This document shows, piece after piece, positions 29,867 to 39,437 of a stretch of 64,000 nucleotides of DNA. How positions within the stretch are numbered: the first letter of the stretch is position 1; every line of letters begins with the position of its first letter. The notes beneath the pieces are model-generated. The model saw only the letters and a list, made by a program, of their open reading frames with translations. It was not told where the DNA came from and made no database searches. The position numbers and the translations under genes are program-made. This DNA is from an uncultured Acidimicrobiia bacterium (GTDB lineage: Bacteria; Actinomycetota; Acidimicrobiia; Acidimicrobiales; AC-14): assembly GCA_963836205.1 (NCBI GenBank), contig CAWIIV010000011.1, forward strand, positions 96,001 to 160,000. The letters run 5' to 3'.

Positions 29867-30280
29867 ATGGGAAAGAACGACGCCAACCCGCCCATGCCGA
29901 CGTTCAGCGGCGACTACGTCCTGCAGGAGATCCCCAGCGACGAGCTGGCCAAGTCGGTCAAGCCCAAGCAGTTCCTGCACATCGACCAGTCCGAGTGCAT
30001 CATGTGCGAGGGCTGCGTCGACATCTGCCCCTGGAAGTGCATCCACATGCTGTCCACCGACAGCATCTCCGAGGCGCTCAACACCACCGGCCCCGGTGAG
30101 GACCCCGACGACCACGTCGTCTTCATCGTCGACGAGGACGTCTGCACCCGCTGCGGGCTCTGCGTCGACCGCTGCCCCACCGGCGTGATCATCATGGGCA
30201 AGGCCGGCGTCGCCGCCCGCGACGGCGACGCCCACCAGCGAGACGGCAAGCACGGCTACGCCTACGGGATGCGGTTCTAG
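29867..30280 (+). CDS. 2[4Fe-4S] dicluster ferredoxin
   Basis: CIMCEGCVDICP and CTRCGLCVDRCP; no signal peptide. Confidence 0.93.
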   Translation: MGKNDANPPMPTFSGDYVLQEIPSDELAKSVKPKQFLHIDQSECIMCEGCVDICPWKCIHMLSTDSISEALNTTGPGEDPDDHVVFIVDEDVCTRCGLCVDRCPTGVIIMGKAGVAARDGDAHQRDGKHGYAYGMRF

Positions 30281-30287
30281 GGTCCCG

Positions 30288-31100
30288 GTGGCGAAGCGAC
30301 TTTCCAGCAACGGGAACGGCAGCGGGGACGGCAACGGGCATCGCCCGTCGTTCCCGGAGAAGCTGGCCGAAGTAGGCGAGAAGATGCGGGGCTCCCAGGC
30401 GTGGGCCTCGATCTTCCGGCCCGGTTCCATCTTCCGCAAGGGCTACACCGACAGCCCCCGTAACCGGTCCTACGTCGTCATGAACAGCCTCATCTACCAC
30501 CTGCACCCGGTGAAGGTGAAGCGCCACGCGGTGAAGGTCAGCTACACGCTGTGCCTGGGCGGGCTGTCGTTCTTCCTCTTCCTGATCCTCACCGTCACCG
30601 GCATCTTCCTGATGTTCTTCTACCGGCCCACGGAGGTGCAGGCGTGGGCCGACATCCGAACGCTCGAGACCTCGGTCACGTTCGGCCTCCTGGTGCGGAA
30701 CATGCATCGATGGGGTGCCCACCTCATGGTGATCACCGTGTTCCTGCACATGGCCCGGGTCTTCTACCACGGCGCCTACAAGCCGCCGCGGGAGTTCAAC
30801 TGGGTGATCGGGGTGATCCTGCTCACCCTCACCCTGCTCCTGTCGTTCACCGGCTACCTGCTGCCCTGGGACCAGTTGGCCCTGTGGGCGGTCACGGTGG
30901 GCACGAACATGATCGGCTATACACCCGTCTTCGGGAATCAGGTGCGCTTCGTCCTGCTGGGCGGAGTGGAGATCAGCACCGAAACTCTGCTCCGATGGTA
31001 CGTACTCCATGTCCTGCTGTTCCCGTTCGTCATCGTCATCTTCATGGCCATCCACTTCTGGCGTGTCCGCAAGGACGGCGGCATCTCGGGGCCGTTGTAG
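30288..31100 (+). CDS. Cytochrome b N-terminal subunit, b6-like (split cytochrome b)
   Basis: TLCLGG, HRWGAH..LH, TGYLLPWDQ, H-x14-H in last helix, C-terminal GISGPL. Confidence 0.92.
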   Translation: MAKRLSSNGNGSGDGNGHRPSFPEKLAEVGEKMRGSQAWASIFRPGSIFRKGYTDSPRNRSYVVMNSLIYHLHPVKVKRHAVKVSYTLCLGGLSFFLFLILTVTGIFLMFFYRPTEVQAWADIRTLETSVTFGLLVRNMHRWGAHLMVITVFLHMARVFYHGAYKPPREFNWVIGVILLTLTLLLSFTGYLLPWDQLALWAVTVGTNMIGYTPVFGNQVRFVLLGGVEISTETLLRWYVLHVLLFPFVIVIFMAIHFWRVRKDGGISGPL

Positions 31101-31124
31101 GCCCGCCGAGGAGGTAAGGAGCAC

Positions 31125-31895
31125 ATGAGCGACGTCCCCGACCACCTACTCCGCCGATCCGCCGAGCGCCGCGCCGCGCTGGGCGGTGGGGCCGCGGGCG
31201 GCGGCCCTCCGGCTGGCGGCGACGGCGGCGACTCCGGCGCGGCCCCGGCCGACGACGGCGAGAAGATCCCGGCCCACCTCCTCCAGCGCTCGGCCACCGG
31301 CACGCAGGCGGTCGGCACCGCCACCCAGACCGCGGCCCCGCCCGCAGCCGCGGCCACAGCCGTCGCCACCGCGCCCGCCCCTGTGGCCAAGGGCCCCGAG
31401 GGTCACACCCAGCGCCTGCTCACCGTGGTCAAGGCGGGCTCGATCCAGGACGTCAAGGCCACCCCCACCGACAAGGTCCACGTGTGGCCCCACCTGCTGG
31501 TGGGCGAGTTCGTGGCCTCCCTGGCCATGACCGCCTTCCTGCTCGTCTTCTCGGCCGTGGTCAACGCCCCGTTCCTGGCCGCGGCCAACTTCAACTTCAC
31601 GCCCAACCCGTCCAAGGCGCCGTGGTACTTCCTCGGCCTCCAGGAGCTGCTCACCATGTTCCACCCCATGGTCGCCGGGGTGACCATCCCGGGCATGGGC
31701 ATCTTCGGCCTCATGCTGGTGCCGTACACCGACAAGAACCCCAGCAACCATCCCGAAGACCGCAAGCTCGCCATCGCCATCATGACCCTGTTCCTGATGT
31801 TCTGGTCGGTGCTGGTGATCATCGGCTGCTTCTTCCGGGGGCCCGGGTTCAACTTCACGTTCCCGTGGCGCGACGGCGTCTTCTTCGACCTGTAG
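31125..31895 (+). CDS. Cytochrome b C-terminal subunit (subunit IV-like) with N-terminal extension
   Basis: VWPHLL, TPNPSKAPWYFLGLQELL (PEWY-equivalent), three TM helices. Confidence 0.88.
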   Translation: MSDVPDHLLRRSAERRAALGGGAAGGGPPAGGDGGDSGAAPADDGEKIPAHLLQRSATGTQAVGTATQTAAPPAAAATAVATAPAPVAKGPEGHTQRLLTVVKAGSIQDVKATPTDKVHVWPHLLVGEFVASLAMTAFLLVFSAVVNAPFLAAANFNFTPNPSKAPWYFLGLQELLTMFHPMVAGVTIPGMGIFGLMLVPYTDKNPSNHPEDRKLAIAIMTLFLMFWSVLVIIGCFFRGPGFNFTFPWRDGVFFDL

Positions 31896-31904
31896 GAGCT
31901 CACG

Positions 31905-32774
31905 TTGGAAAGCGCAACCATCCTCCTCGTCGTCCTGGCCGCCCTTGCCGTCCTGATGGCGGGCTTCCTCTACGCCACCGCCCGCCGGCGGGACACCACC
32001 CGCGCCCTCAGGGACGCCACACCCGACGAGGCCGGCCCCGACGCCGGCGACCGGCTGCCGGTGCCCGTCGGTGGCGGCCCGCAGACCGGCAAGGAGCTCG
32101 AGCGGGCGGTCGCCCTCGAGCGCACCGGGAAGGGCGTCCCCGACGTCTCCCTCCCGCCTCCGCCACCGGCCCTCCCGCCCGACGAGGAGAGCCTCGGCGT
32201 CACCCGTCGGCAGGTCCTCAACCGCGGGATCGTCACCACCATGGTCCTCGCCCTCTCCGGCTTCGGCGCGGGGATGGTGGCCATGCTCTGGCCCTCGCTC
32301 ACGGGGGGCTTCGGCGCCAAGATCCGGGCCGGCAAGGTCGACGAGATCACCGATGCCATCAGCACCAAGAAGGAGCCCTTCTACGTGGGCGCGGGCCGCT
32401 TCTACATCCAGCCCTACCCCAAGGAAGGGGTGGGCGCGGCCAAGAACGTCGCCGCCTACGCCGCAGTGGTGGAGGGCTACGACCAAGGCTTCGTCGCCCT
32501 CTACCAGAAGTGCCCCCACCTCGGCTGCCGGGTGCCGTGGTGCAAGACCTCGCAGTGGTTCGAGTGCCCCTGCCACGGGTCGCAGTACAACCGGGTGGGA
32601 GAGAAGAAGGGTGGGCCCGCGCCGCGCGGCATGGACCGGTTCGTCGCCACCGTCGAGGGCGGCGCCGTCGTCGTCGACACCAAGATCGTCATCCCCGGCC
32701 CGCCCATCGGCACCAACACCACCGGCCAGGAGTCTGAAGGACCGCACTGCATCGGGGCGGTCGGCGGGCATTGA
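31905..32774 (+). CDS. Rieske [2Fe-2S] subunit
   Basis: CPHLGC and CPCHGS; internal Tat-like VTRRQVL before second TM. Confidence 0.93.
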   Translation: MESATILLVVLAALAVLMAGFLYATARRRDTTRALRDATPDEAGPDAGDRLPVPVGGGPQTGKELERAVALERTGKGVPDVSLPPPPPALPPDEESLGVTRRQVLNRGIVTTMVLALSGFGAGMVAMLWPSLTGGFGAKIRAGKVDEITDAISTKKEPFYVGAGRFYIQPYPKEGVGAAKNVAAYAAVVEGYDQGFVALYQKCPHLGCRVPWCKTSQWFECPCHGSQYNRVGEKKGGPAPRGMDRFVATVEGGAVVVDTKIVIPGPPIGTNTTGQESEGPHCIGAVGGH

Positions 32775-33766
32775 TCTTCGCCGCCACACAACAGAGCATC
32801 GGGCTGGGCATCGTCCTCGCTCTCAGCGCGGGTTGGGTCGTCTACCTGCTCAGCTCGTCGAAGCGCACCTACGACCCGGGCGGCGAGCTGGTCCACGCCC
32901 CCAACCGCAGGCAGTATTTCGACGACGAGGGGCTGGAGACCCACCGGCTCACCAAGTACCTCTGGTGGGCGTTCGCCATGCTCACCATCTCCGCCATCGG
33001 GCTGCCGGTGTACTGGCTGCGGGAGCCCTTCCGCCAGCAGGGTGCGGGCTTCGACCGGGGCACCGAGTACTTCGAGAACAAGGCCGTGCAGCGGGGCGAG
33101 GAGCTGTTCCAGGTGTCGCCCGGCAACCCGCCCACGCCCCGTGAGCCCCACTTCGGGTGCGAGGCCTGCCACGGGGTGGAGGGCGTCGGCGGCGTCGCCG
33201 CCTTCACCATCACCGACCCGGTGAACCCGGAGGCACTGCCCAAGCAGGTGCAGTGGGCCGCGCCCGCCCTCAACACGGTGATGCTCCGCTACCGGGTCGA
33301 AGAGGTCCGCAACATCCTCGTCTACGGCCGGCCCGGCACCCCGATGCCGCCGTGGGGCGTCAAGGGCGGCGGGCCCATGAACGACCAGCAGATCGACGAC
33401 CTCATCGCCTACCTCGAGCACATCGCCCTCTCGCCGACGCAGGTCAAGGCCGACAACCTGGCCCAGTTCGGCACCGACGGGGCCAAGATCTTCGAGGGCT
33501 TCTGCTCCCGCTGCCACACCGAAGGTTCGTCCTACGGCGAGCCCGGACCCATCGGCGGCGGCGCCTACGGCCCGTCGCTCACCGGCGGGGCCACCGTCCG
33601 CCAGTTCCCGGCCATCGACAAGCACCTCGACTGGGTGGCCAAGACCGCCGCCTACGGGCAGCTCTACGGCACGCGCGGCGTGAGCGAGGGAGTCATGCCG
33701 TTCTTCGAGAACACGCTCACGCCGGAGCAGATCCAGGCCGTGGCCGACTACGAGCGCACGCTGTGA
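32771..33766 (+). CDS. Membrane-anchored diheme c-type cytochrome
   Basis: Two TM helices, CEACH..MPPW, CSRCH..MPFF. Confidence 0.9.
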   Translation: MIFAATQQSIGLGIVLALSAGWVVYLLSSSKRTYDPGGELVHAPNRRQYFDDEGLETHRLTKYLWWAFAMLTISAIGLPVYWLREPFRQQGAGFDRGTEYFENKAVQRGEELFQVSPGNPPTPREPHFGCEACHGVEGVGGVAAFTITDPVNPEALPKQVQWAAPALNTVMLRYRVEEVRNILVYGRPGTPMPPWGVKGGGPMNDQQIDDLIAYLEHIALSPTQVKADNLAQFGTDGAKIFEGFCSRCHTEGSSYGEPGPIGGGAYGPSLTGGATVRQFPAIDKHLDWVAKTAAYGQLYGTRGVSEGVMPFFENTLTPEQIQAVADYERTL

Positions 33767-33836
33767 TCGCCTTCGGAGGCGGCGCCGTCCCGTCGGGTCG
33801 GCCGCCGGCGACCGCACTGCCGACGGGAGACTGCTG

Positions 33837-34574
33837 ATGGACGCCGTTTTGGGTGCGCTCACGTGGGAGCCGCAGGTCAAGGGGGGGCTCTACGTCCTCC
33901 TGGCGGTGCTGATCCTGCCGGGGTCGGTCTACCTGATCCTGGCCACCGACACCGGGGCCCGGCTCGGGTTCCAGCTGGCCGCGGCCGGCCTGTCGGGGTT
34001 CATGGTGATCATCGGCATCACCTGGTGGTTGTACGGCATCGGGCCCCAGGGCCCGTCGCCGGTGTGGAAGCCGGTCACCGTGGTCAGCGGCAACCCCGCC
34101 CAGTCGGGGGAGGACGAGTTGGAGGAGTACCCCGACGGGTGGGAGAAGCTCGAGGTCGCCGACCCGGAGGTCGCCGACGCCCAGCCGGTGGTCGACGGCG
34201 CCCTCACCAGCGAGGAGGGCGGGATCTTCGAGTCCGCCACCGAGTACATCGTCGTGGGCGCGGCCACCGAGGGCGGGGAGCGGGTCTCCCCCTTCGGCCT
34301 GCCGTCGGTCCGCCCGATCAACATCCTCCACAAGCCACACCACCTGGTGGTGCAGGTGCAGCCGGTCGTCCACCAGGAGGCCACCCCGGGCGCGGCCCCG
34401 CCGATCCCCCGGGCCGACGCGTCGGCGCCGGTGTACTCCGTCCTCATGCTGCGCGACCTGGGTCACAAGCGATTGAACCCGGCGGTGGCGACGATCTCGT
34501 CGGCCCTGATCTTCGGCCTGCTCGTCTACCAGCTCCACACCCGGGACAAGGAGGCCATGGCCAAGCGCGGCTAG
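33837..34574 (+). CDS. Uncharacterised membrane protein between cytochrome c and nuoA
   Basis: Two N-terminal and one C-terminal TM; GSVYLILATDTGARLGF; RBS gggaga. Confidence 0.8.
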   Translation: MDAVLGALTWEPQVKGGLYVLLAVLILPGSVYLILATDTGARLGFQLAAAGLSGFMVIIGITWWLYGIGPQGPSPVWKPVTVVSGNPAQSGEDELEEYPDGWEKLEVADPEVADAQPVVDGALTSEEGGIFESATEYIVVGAATEGGERVSPFGLPSVRPINILHKPHHLVVQVQPVVHQEATPGAAPPIPRADASAPVYSVLMLRDLGHKRLNPAVATISSALIFGLLVYQLHTRDKEAMAKRG

Positions 34575-34616
34575 GGTACGAACGTCTCTGTCGGCTCCAT
34601 CACGAGGCGTACCCCC

Positions 34617-35063
34617 ATGGCCCAGTACCTGCCGCTTTTGGTCATGCTGATCCTGGCCGCGCTCTTCGCCGGCCTCTCCTTCTTCGCCTCCCGGCTGATG
34701 GCGCCGCAGCGCCCCACCACGGCCAAGGCGGCCCCGTACGAGTGCGGCATCGTCCCCGACCGGGAGCCGGCCGAGCGCTTCCCGGTGCGCTTCTACCTGG
34801 TGGCGATGATCTTCATCATCTTCGACATCGAGATCATCTTCCTGTTCCCGTGGGCCGTGATCTACCGCGACCTGGGCGCTTTCGGGCTGTGGGAGATGCT
34901 CATCTTCGCCCTCGCCGTCTTCGTCTCCTTCGTGTACCTGATCGGCCACGGCGCCCTCAACTGGGGCCCGATCGCCAAGCGGGTGCAGGTGTCCGAACGC
35001 ACCGCCTCGTCCACCGTGCGCCGGGTCGGCGTCGAGAACCGGCGCCCGCCCGAAGCGGCGTGA
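34617..35063 (+). CDS. nuoA: NADH-quinone oxidoreductase subunit A
   Basis: PYECG, FYLVAMIFIIFDIE, FPWAV. Confidence 0.95.
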   Translation: MAQYLPLLVMLILAALFAGLSFFASRLMAPQRPTTAKAAPYECGIVPDREPAERFPVRFYLVAMIFIIFDIEIIFLFPWAVIYRDLGAFGLWEMLIFALAVFVSFVYLIGHGALNWGPIAKRVQVSERTASSTVRRVGVENRRPPEAA

Positions 35064-35105
35064 TAGGACCCCCTGTAATGGGCCTGGACATATGGGCATA
35101 GAAAA

Positions 35106-35645
35106 ATGGGCATAGAGCAGCTCAACCACAACTTCCTCACCGGGAAGTTGGAGGACGTCGTCAAGTGGGCCCGCCGCAACAGCGTGTGGCCGGCCACCTT
35201 CGGCCTGGCCTGCTGCGCCATCGAGATGATGGCCACCGGCACCGCCCACTTCGACCTGGCCCGCTTCGGCATGGAGGTCTTCCGGGCCTCTCCCCGCCAG
35301 GCCGACCTGATGATCGTGGCCGGCCGGGTGTCGCAGAAGATGGCCCCCGTGCTGCGCCAGGTCTACGACCAGATGGCGGAGCCCAAGTGGGTCATCTCCA
35401 TGGGCGTGTGCGCCTCGTCCGGGGGGATGTTCAACAACTACGCCATCGTGCAGGGGGTCGACCAGATCGTGCCCGTCGACGTCTACACCCCCGGCTGCCC
35501 TCCCGGACCGGAGACGCTGATGCACGGCATCCTCACCCTGCACGAGCTCATCCGCACCGGCGAGATCACCCGCCGGCGCATCGAGACGGGAGCCGGTGCC
35601 GGCCTCACCGTCGACCGGCCGGTCGCCGTGGGCACGCCGCGCTAG
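35106..35645 (+). CDS. nuoB: NADH-quinone oxidoreductase subunit B
   Basis: [33 protein letters not shown]. Confidence 0.96.
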   Translation: MGIEQLNHNFLTGKLEDVVKWARRNSVWPATFGLACCAIEMMATGTAHFDLARFGMEVFRASPRQADLMIVAGRVSQKMAPVLRQVYDQMAEPKWVISMGVCASSGGMFNNYAIVQGVDQIVPVDVYTPGCPPGPETLMHGILTLHELIRTGEITRRRIETGAGAGLTVDRPVAVGTPR

Positions 35646-36178
35646 TGGCGCCCGAGGCCCCCGCCGAGACCGAAGCCGAGGCCCCCGAGGAGCCCACGCC
35701 GCCGCCCACCCTCCACGGGGCGCCGCTCTCCGAGTCCCGGGGCCAGACCGTCGTCCACCCCCATCGCTCGGAGTACCTCGCCCTGGTGCGCACCCTCAAG
35801 GACGAGGGCTTCGTGATGTGCGTCGACCTGTGCGGCGTCGACGGCCTGCTCAAGCCCAACCGCCCGCTGCCCGACGGCGTGGTCGCCGAGCGATTCGAAG
35901 TCGTCGTCAACCTGCTCAACATGGCCGAGCGCCGGCGGGTCCGGGTGCGGACGCAGGTGCCGGAGTCCGACCCCCGGCTGCCGTCGATCTACGAGCTCCA
36001 CCCCGGGTCGGAGGCCATGGAGCGGGAGGCGTACGACATGTTCGGCATCGTCTTCGACGGCCACCCCGACCTGTCCCGCATCCTCATGCCCGACGACTGG
36101 GAGGGCCATCCCTTGCGCAAGGACTACGGCATCGGCCGCATCCCGGTGCAGTTCAAGCACCCCGGCGGTGATCGATGA
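35645..36178 (+). CDS. nuoC: NADH-quinone oxidoreductase subunit C
   Basis: [32 protein letters not shown]; GTG overlaps nuoB stop. Confidence 0.94.
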   Translation: MAPEAPAETEAEAPEEPTPPPTLHGAPLSESRGQTVVHPHRSEYLALVRTLKDEGFVMCVDLCGVDGLLKPNRPLPDGVVAERFEVVVNLLNMAERRRVRVRTQVPESDPRLPSIYELHPGSEAMEREAYDMFGIVFDGHPDLSRILMPDDWEGHPLRKDYGIGRIPVQFKHPGGDR

Positions 36179-37473
36179 CCCAGACCATCGACCAGGCGGT
36201 GGAGATCTCGGTCCCGGCTCTGGTCGGGGGCATCGAGTCGCTGCGCGACCCGGGCGCCGTCCTGCGCATCCCTCACCTGCCCGAGTCGGTCGACGAGGTG
36301 CCCACCGACGACGAGACCATGATCATCAACATGGGCCCGCAGCACCCCAGCACCCACGGCGTGCTGCGGGTGATGCTGGAGCTGCGGGGCGAGACGGTGC
36401 TGCGCTGCAAGCCGGTGATCGGCTACCTCCACACCGGCATGGAGAAGACGGGCGAGGACCTCACCTACCTCCAGGGCCCCACCAACACCACCCGCATGGA
36501 TTACGTGTCCCCGATGTTCAACGAGCTCGTCTTCTCGTTGGCCACCGAGAAGCTCCTCGGCCTGGAGATCCCCGAGCGGGCCACGTGGATCCGGATGCTG
36601 ATGTGCGAGCTCAACCGGATGTCGTCGCAGGTCCTGTGGCTGGCCACCAACGGGATGGACCTGGGTGCAGTGTCGATGATGATCTACGGCTTCCGCGAGC
36701 GGGAGAGCATCCTCGCCTTCTTCGAGAAGACCACCGGCCTGCGGATGAACCACAACTACATCCGCCCCGGCGGGGTCGCCGCCGACCTGCCCGACGGCTG
36801 GCGCGACGACGTCATGAAGATCCTCGACGTCTTCCCCGGCCGCCTCGACGAGTACGAGGTCCTCCTCACCGGTCAGCCCATCTGGCAGGAGCGCACCCAA
36901 GGCGTGGGGATCATCACCGCCGACGAGTGCGTGGCCCTGGGCATCACCGGGCCCATCCTGCGCTCCACCGGCGTCGACTGGGACCTGCGCCGCGACGACC
37001 CCTACCTGTTCTACGACCAGGTCGACTTCAACGTCGTGGTCGGCACCTACGGCGACACGTTCGACCGCTACGCCATCCGCCTCAACGAGATCCGGGAGTC
37101 GATGGGCATCATCCACCAGATCCTCGAGCGGATGCCCCAGGGCGACTACCGGGCCCAGGACAAGAAGGTCACGCCCCCTCCCCGGGGCCGTATCGACGAG
37201 TCGATGGAGGCCCTCATCCACCACTTCAAGATCTTCACCGAGGGCTTCAAGGTGCCCGAGGGCGAGGTCTACGTGGCGGTCGAGTCCCCCCGGGGGGAGC
37301 TTGGGTGCTACCTGGTCTCCGACGGCACGTCGAAGCCCTACCGGATGCACATCCGGGGCCCATCGTTCGTCAACCTCCAGGCCCTCGCCCCCATGATCCA
37401 GGGCGGCCTCATCGCCGACGCGGTGGCCATCATCAGCACCGTCGACCCGGTGATGGGCGAGGTCGACCGGTGA
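36175..37473 (+). CDS. nuoD: NADH-quinone oxidoreductase subunit D
   Basis: [36 protein letters not shown]. Confidence 0.96.
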   Translation: MTQTIDQAVEISVPALVGGIESLRDPGAVLRIPHLPESVDEVPTDDETMIINMGPQHPSTHGVLRVMLELRGETVLRCKPVIGYLHTGMEKTGEDLTYLQGPTNTTRMDYVSPMFNELVFSLATEKLLGLEIPERATWIRMLMCELNRMSSQVLWLATNGMDLGAVSMMIYGFRERESILAFFEKTTGLRMNHNYIRPGGVAADLPDGWRDDVMKILDVFPGRLDEYEVLLTGQPIWQERTQGVGIITADECVALGITGPILRSTGVDWDLRRDDPYLFYDQVDFNVVVGTYGDTFDRYAIRLNEIRESMGIIHQILERMPQGDYRAQDKKVTPPPRGRIDESMEALIHHFKIFTEGFKVPEGEVYVAVESPRGELGCYLVSDGTSKPYRMHIRGPSFVNLQALAPMIQGGLIADAVAIISTVDPVMGEVDR

Positions 37474-37483
37474 CCCCCGACCT

Positions 37484-37535
37484 CGAACTGGTGACAGAAA
37501 GTGGGGCTGGGGCCCCGGAAATCGTCACCAGTTCG
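37484..37535. repeat. 12-bp inverted repeat in the nuoD-nuoE gap
   Basis: cgaactggtgac ... gtcaccagttcg with 28-nt spacer. Confidence 0.85.
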
Positions 37536-37552
37536 CAGGCGGAGGGCCACTG

Positions 37553-38136
37553 ATGGCCCGGCTCACGCCCGACAACGTGCGGCGGTGCAAGGACCTCATC
37601 GGCCTCTACCCCCAGAGCCGGTCGGCCCTCATCCCCATGCTCCACGTGGCCCAGGAGCAGGACGGGTGGCTCACCCCCGAGGCCATGGAGCACGTGGGCG
37701 AGATGCTCGGCATCACCCCGGCCGAGGTCTACGGCACGGCCAGCTTCTACGACATGCTGTTCACCACGCCGGTGGGCCGCCACCTGGTGTCGGTGTGCAC
37801 CAACCTGGCCTGCCTCCTCAACGGCGGGGTGGAGCTGCTCGAGCACGCCGAGGCCAGCCTGGGCATCGCCGCCGGGGGCACAACGGACGACGGGGAGTTC
37901 ACCCTGGAGGAGGTGGAGTGCATCGCCTTCTGCGGCGCCGCCCCCTGCCTGGCCGTGAACTGGCGCTTCTTCGGGTCCGTCACCACCGACGCCTTCGACC
38001 ACCTGGTCGACGACTTGCGTGCCGGGCGGCTGGCCGACGAGGTCCCCCCCACGGCACCCTCTGCCGGGTCCGCCGCAACGTCGGCCTCACCGCAGGCGAC
38101 ACCACGGCCGCGTCGGCGAAGGCGGAAGGCGCCTGA
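37553..38136 (+). CDS. nuoE: NADH-quinone oxidoreductase subunit E; apparent frameshift in C7 run at 38044-38050
   Basis: SALIPML, ASFYDM, CTNLAC, ECIAFC; one extra C restores VPPHGTL..EGA-stop overlapping nuoF ATG. Confidence 0.92.
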
Positions 38137-39437
38137 TGATCACCGACGCCGCCGCCATCGTCACCGCCCGCCTGGGCGTGCCCAACTCGTGGACGCTCAA
38201 GGCCTATCTCGACACGGGTGGCTACGACGGCCTGCGCAAAGCCCTGTCGATGTCGCCGGAGGCGGTCAGCGCCGAGGTCATGACCGCGAACCTCCTCGGA
38301 CGGGGCGGCGCCGGGTTCGAGGTCGGGCGCAAGTGGTCGATGCTGGCCAAGCCCCGTCCCGCCTACCTGGTGATCAACGGCGACGAGAGCGAGCCCTGCA
38401 CCTACAAGGACCACATGCTCCTCGAGGCCGATCCCCACCAGATCGTCGAGGGCACCCTCATCTGCGCCTACGCCACCGGCGCGGCCCAGGCGTTCATCTT
38501 CGTCCGGGGCGAGTTCGCCCTCGGCATCGAACGCATCACCGCCGCCCTCAACGAGGCCTACGCCTACGGGGCCGTCGGCCGCGACATCTTCGGGTCCGGC
38601 TTCTCGGTCGACGTGGTCATCCACCCCGGTGCCGGCGCCTACATCTGCGGCGAGGAGACGGCCCTCCTCGAGAGCCTGGAGGGCAAGCGCGGCTACCCCC
38701 GCGACAAGCCGCCGTACTTCCCTGCGGTCAAGGGCCTCTACATGCAGCCCACGATCGTCAACAACGTGGAGAGCGTCTCCAACCTGCCGTGGATCGTGCT
38801 CAACAGCGGGGAGGCGTTCAAGGGCCTGGGCCAGGGGCGCTCCACCGGCACCCGCATCTTCTCCCTCTCGGGTCACGTCCGGCAGCCGGCCAACTTCGAG
38901 ATCGAGATGAGCAAGACCACGTTCCGCGACCTCATCTACGACCCCAAGCTGGGCGGAGGCATCCGCAACGACAACCAGCTGAAGGCGTTCATCCCCGGGG
39001 GCGCGTCGGCGCCGTGGTTCGGACCCGACCAGCTCGACATGGGCCTCGACCAGGAGGCGGTGGGCAAGGCGGGATCGATGCTCGGCTCCGGGTCGGTCAT
39101 CGTCATGGACCACACCACGTGCATGGTGCGGGCCGCGTGGCGCATCACCCGCTTCTTCCACCGCGAATCATGCGGCCAGTGCACCCCCTGCCGGGAGGGC
39201 GGGGGCTGGCTCGACAAGATCCTGCACCGCATCGAATCGGGCGCGGGGCGGGAGGCCGACCTCGACCTTCTCCTCGACATCTGCGACAACATCGCTCCCG
39301 GCTTGTCATGGCCGCCGCAAAAGACAACGATCTGCGTCCTCGGCCCGTCGATCCCGTCGTCCATCACCTCGGCCATCAAGATGTTCAGGGACGAGTTCCT
39401 CGTCCACATCAAGGAAGGTGGCTGTCCTTTTGGCTGA
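38136..39437 (+). CDS. nuoF: NADH-quinone oxidoreductase subunit F
   Basis: GRGGAGF, NGDESEP, GAGAYICGEETAL, ESCGQCTPCREG. Confidence 0.96.
   Translation: MITDAAAIVTARLGVPNSWTLKAYLDTGGYDGLRKALSMSPEAVSAEVMTANLLGRGGAGFEVGRKWSMLAKPRPAYLVINGDESEPCTYKDHMLLEADPHQIVEGTLICAYATGAAQAFIFVRGEFALGIERITAALNEAYAYGAVGRDIFGSGFSVDVVIHPGAGAYICGEETALLESLEGKRGYPRDKPPYFPAVKGLYMQPTIVNNVESVSNLPWIVLNSGEAFKGLGQGRSTGTRIFSLSGHVRQPANFEIEMSKTTFRDLIYDPKLGGGIRNDNQLKAFIPGGASAPWFGPDQLDMGLDQEAVGKAGSMLGSGSVIVMDHTTCMVRAAWRITRFFHRESCGQCTPCREGGGWLDKILHRIESGAGREADLDLLLDICDNIAPGLSWPPQKTTICVLGPSIPSSITSAIKMFRDEFLVHIKEGGCPFG

Noticed and set aside
37553-38136. nuoE pseudogene or programmed frameshift
   Set aside because: One missing C in a C7 run restores a normal gene with TGATG coupling; typical homopolymer error
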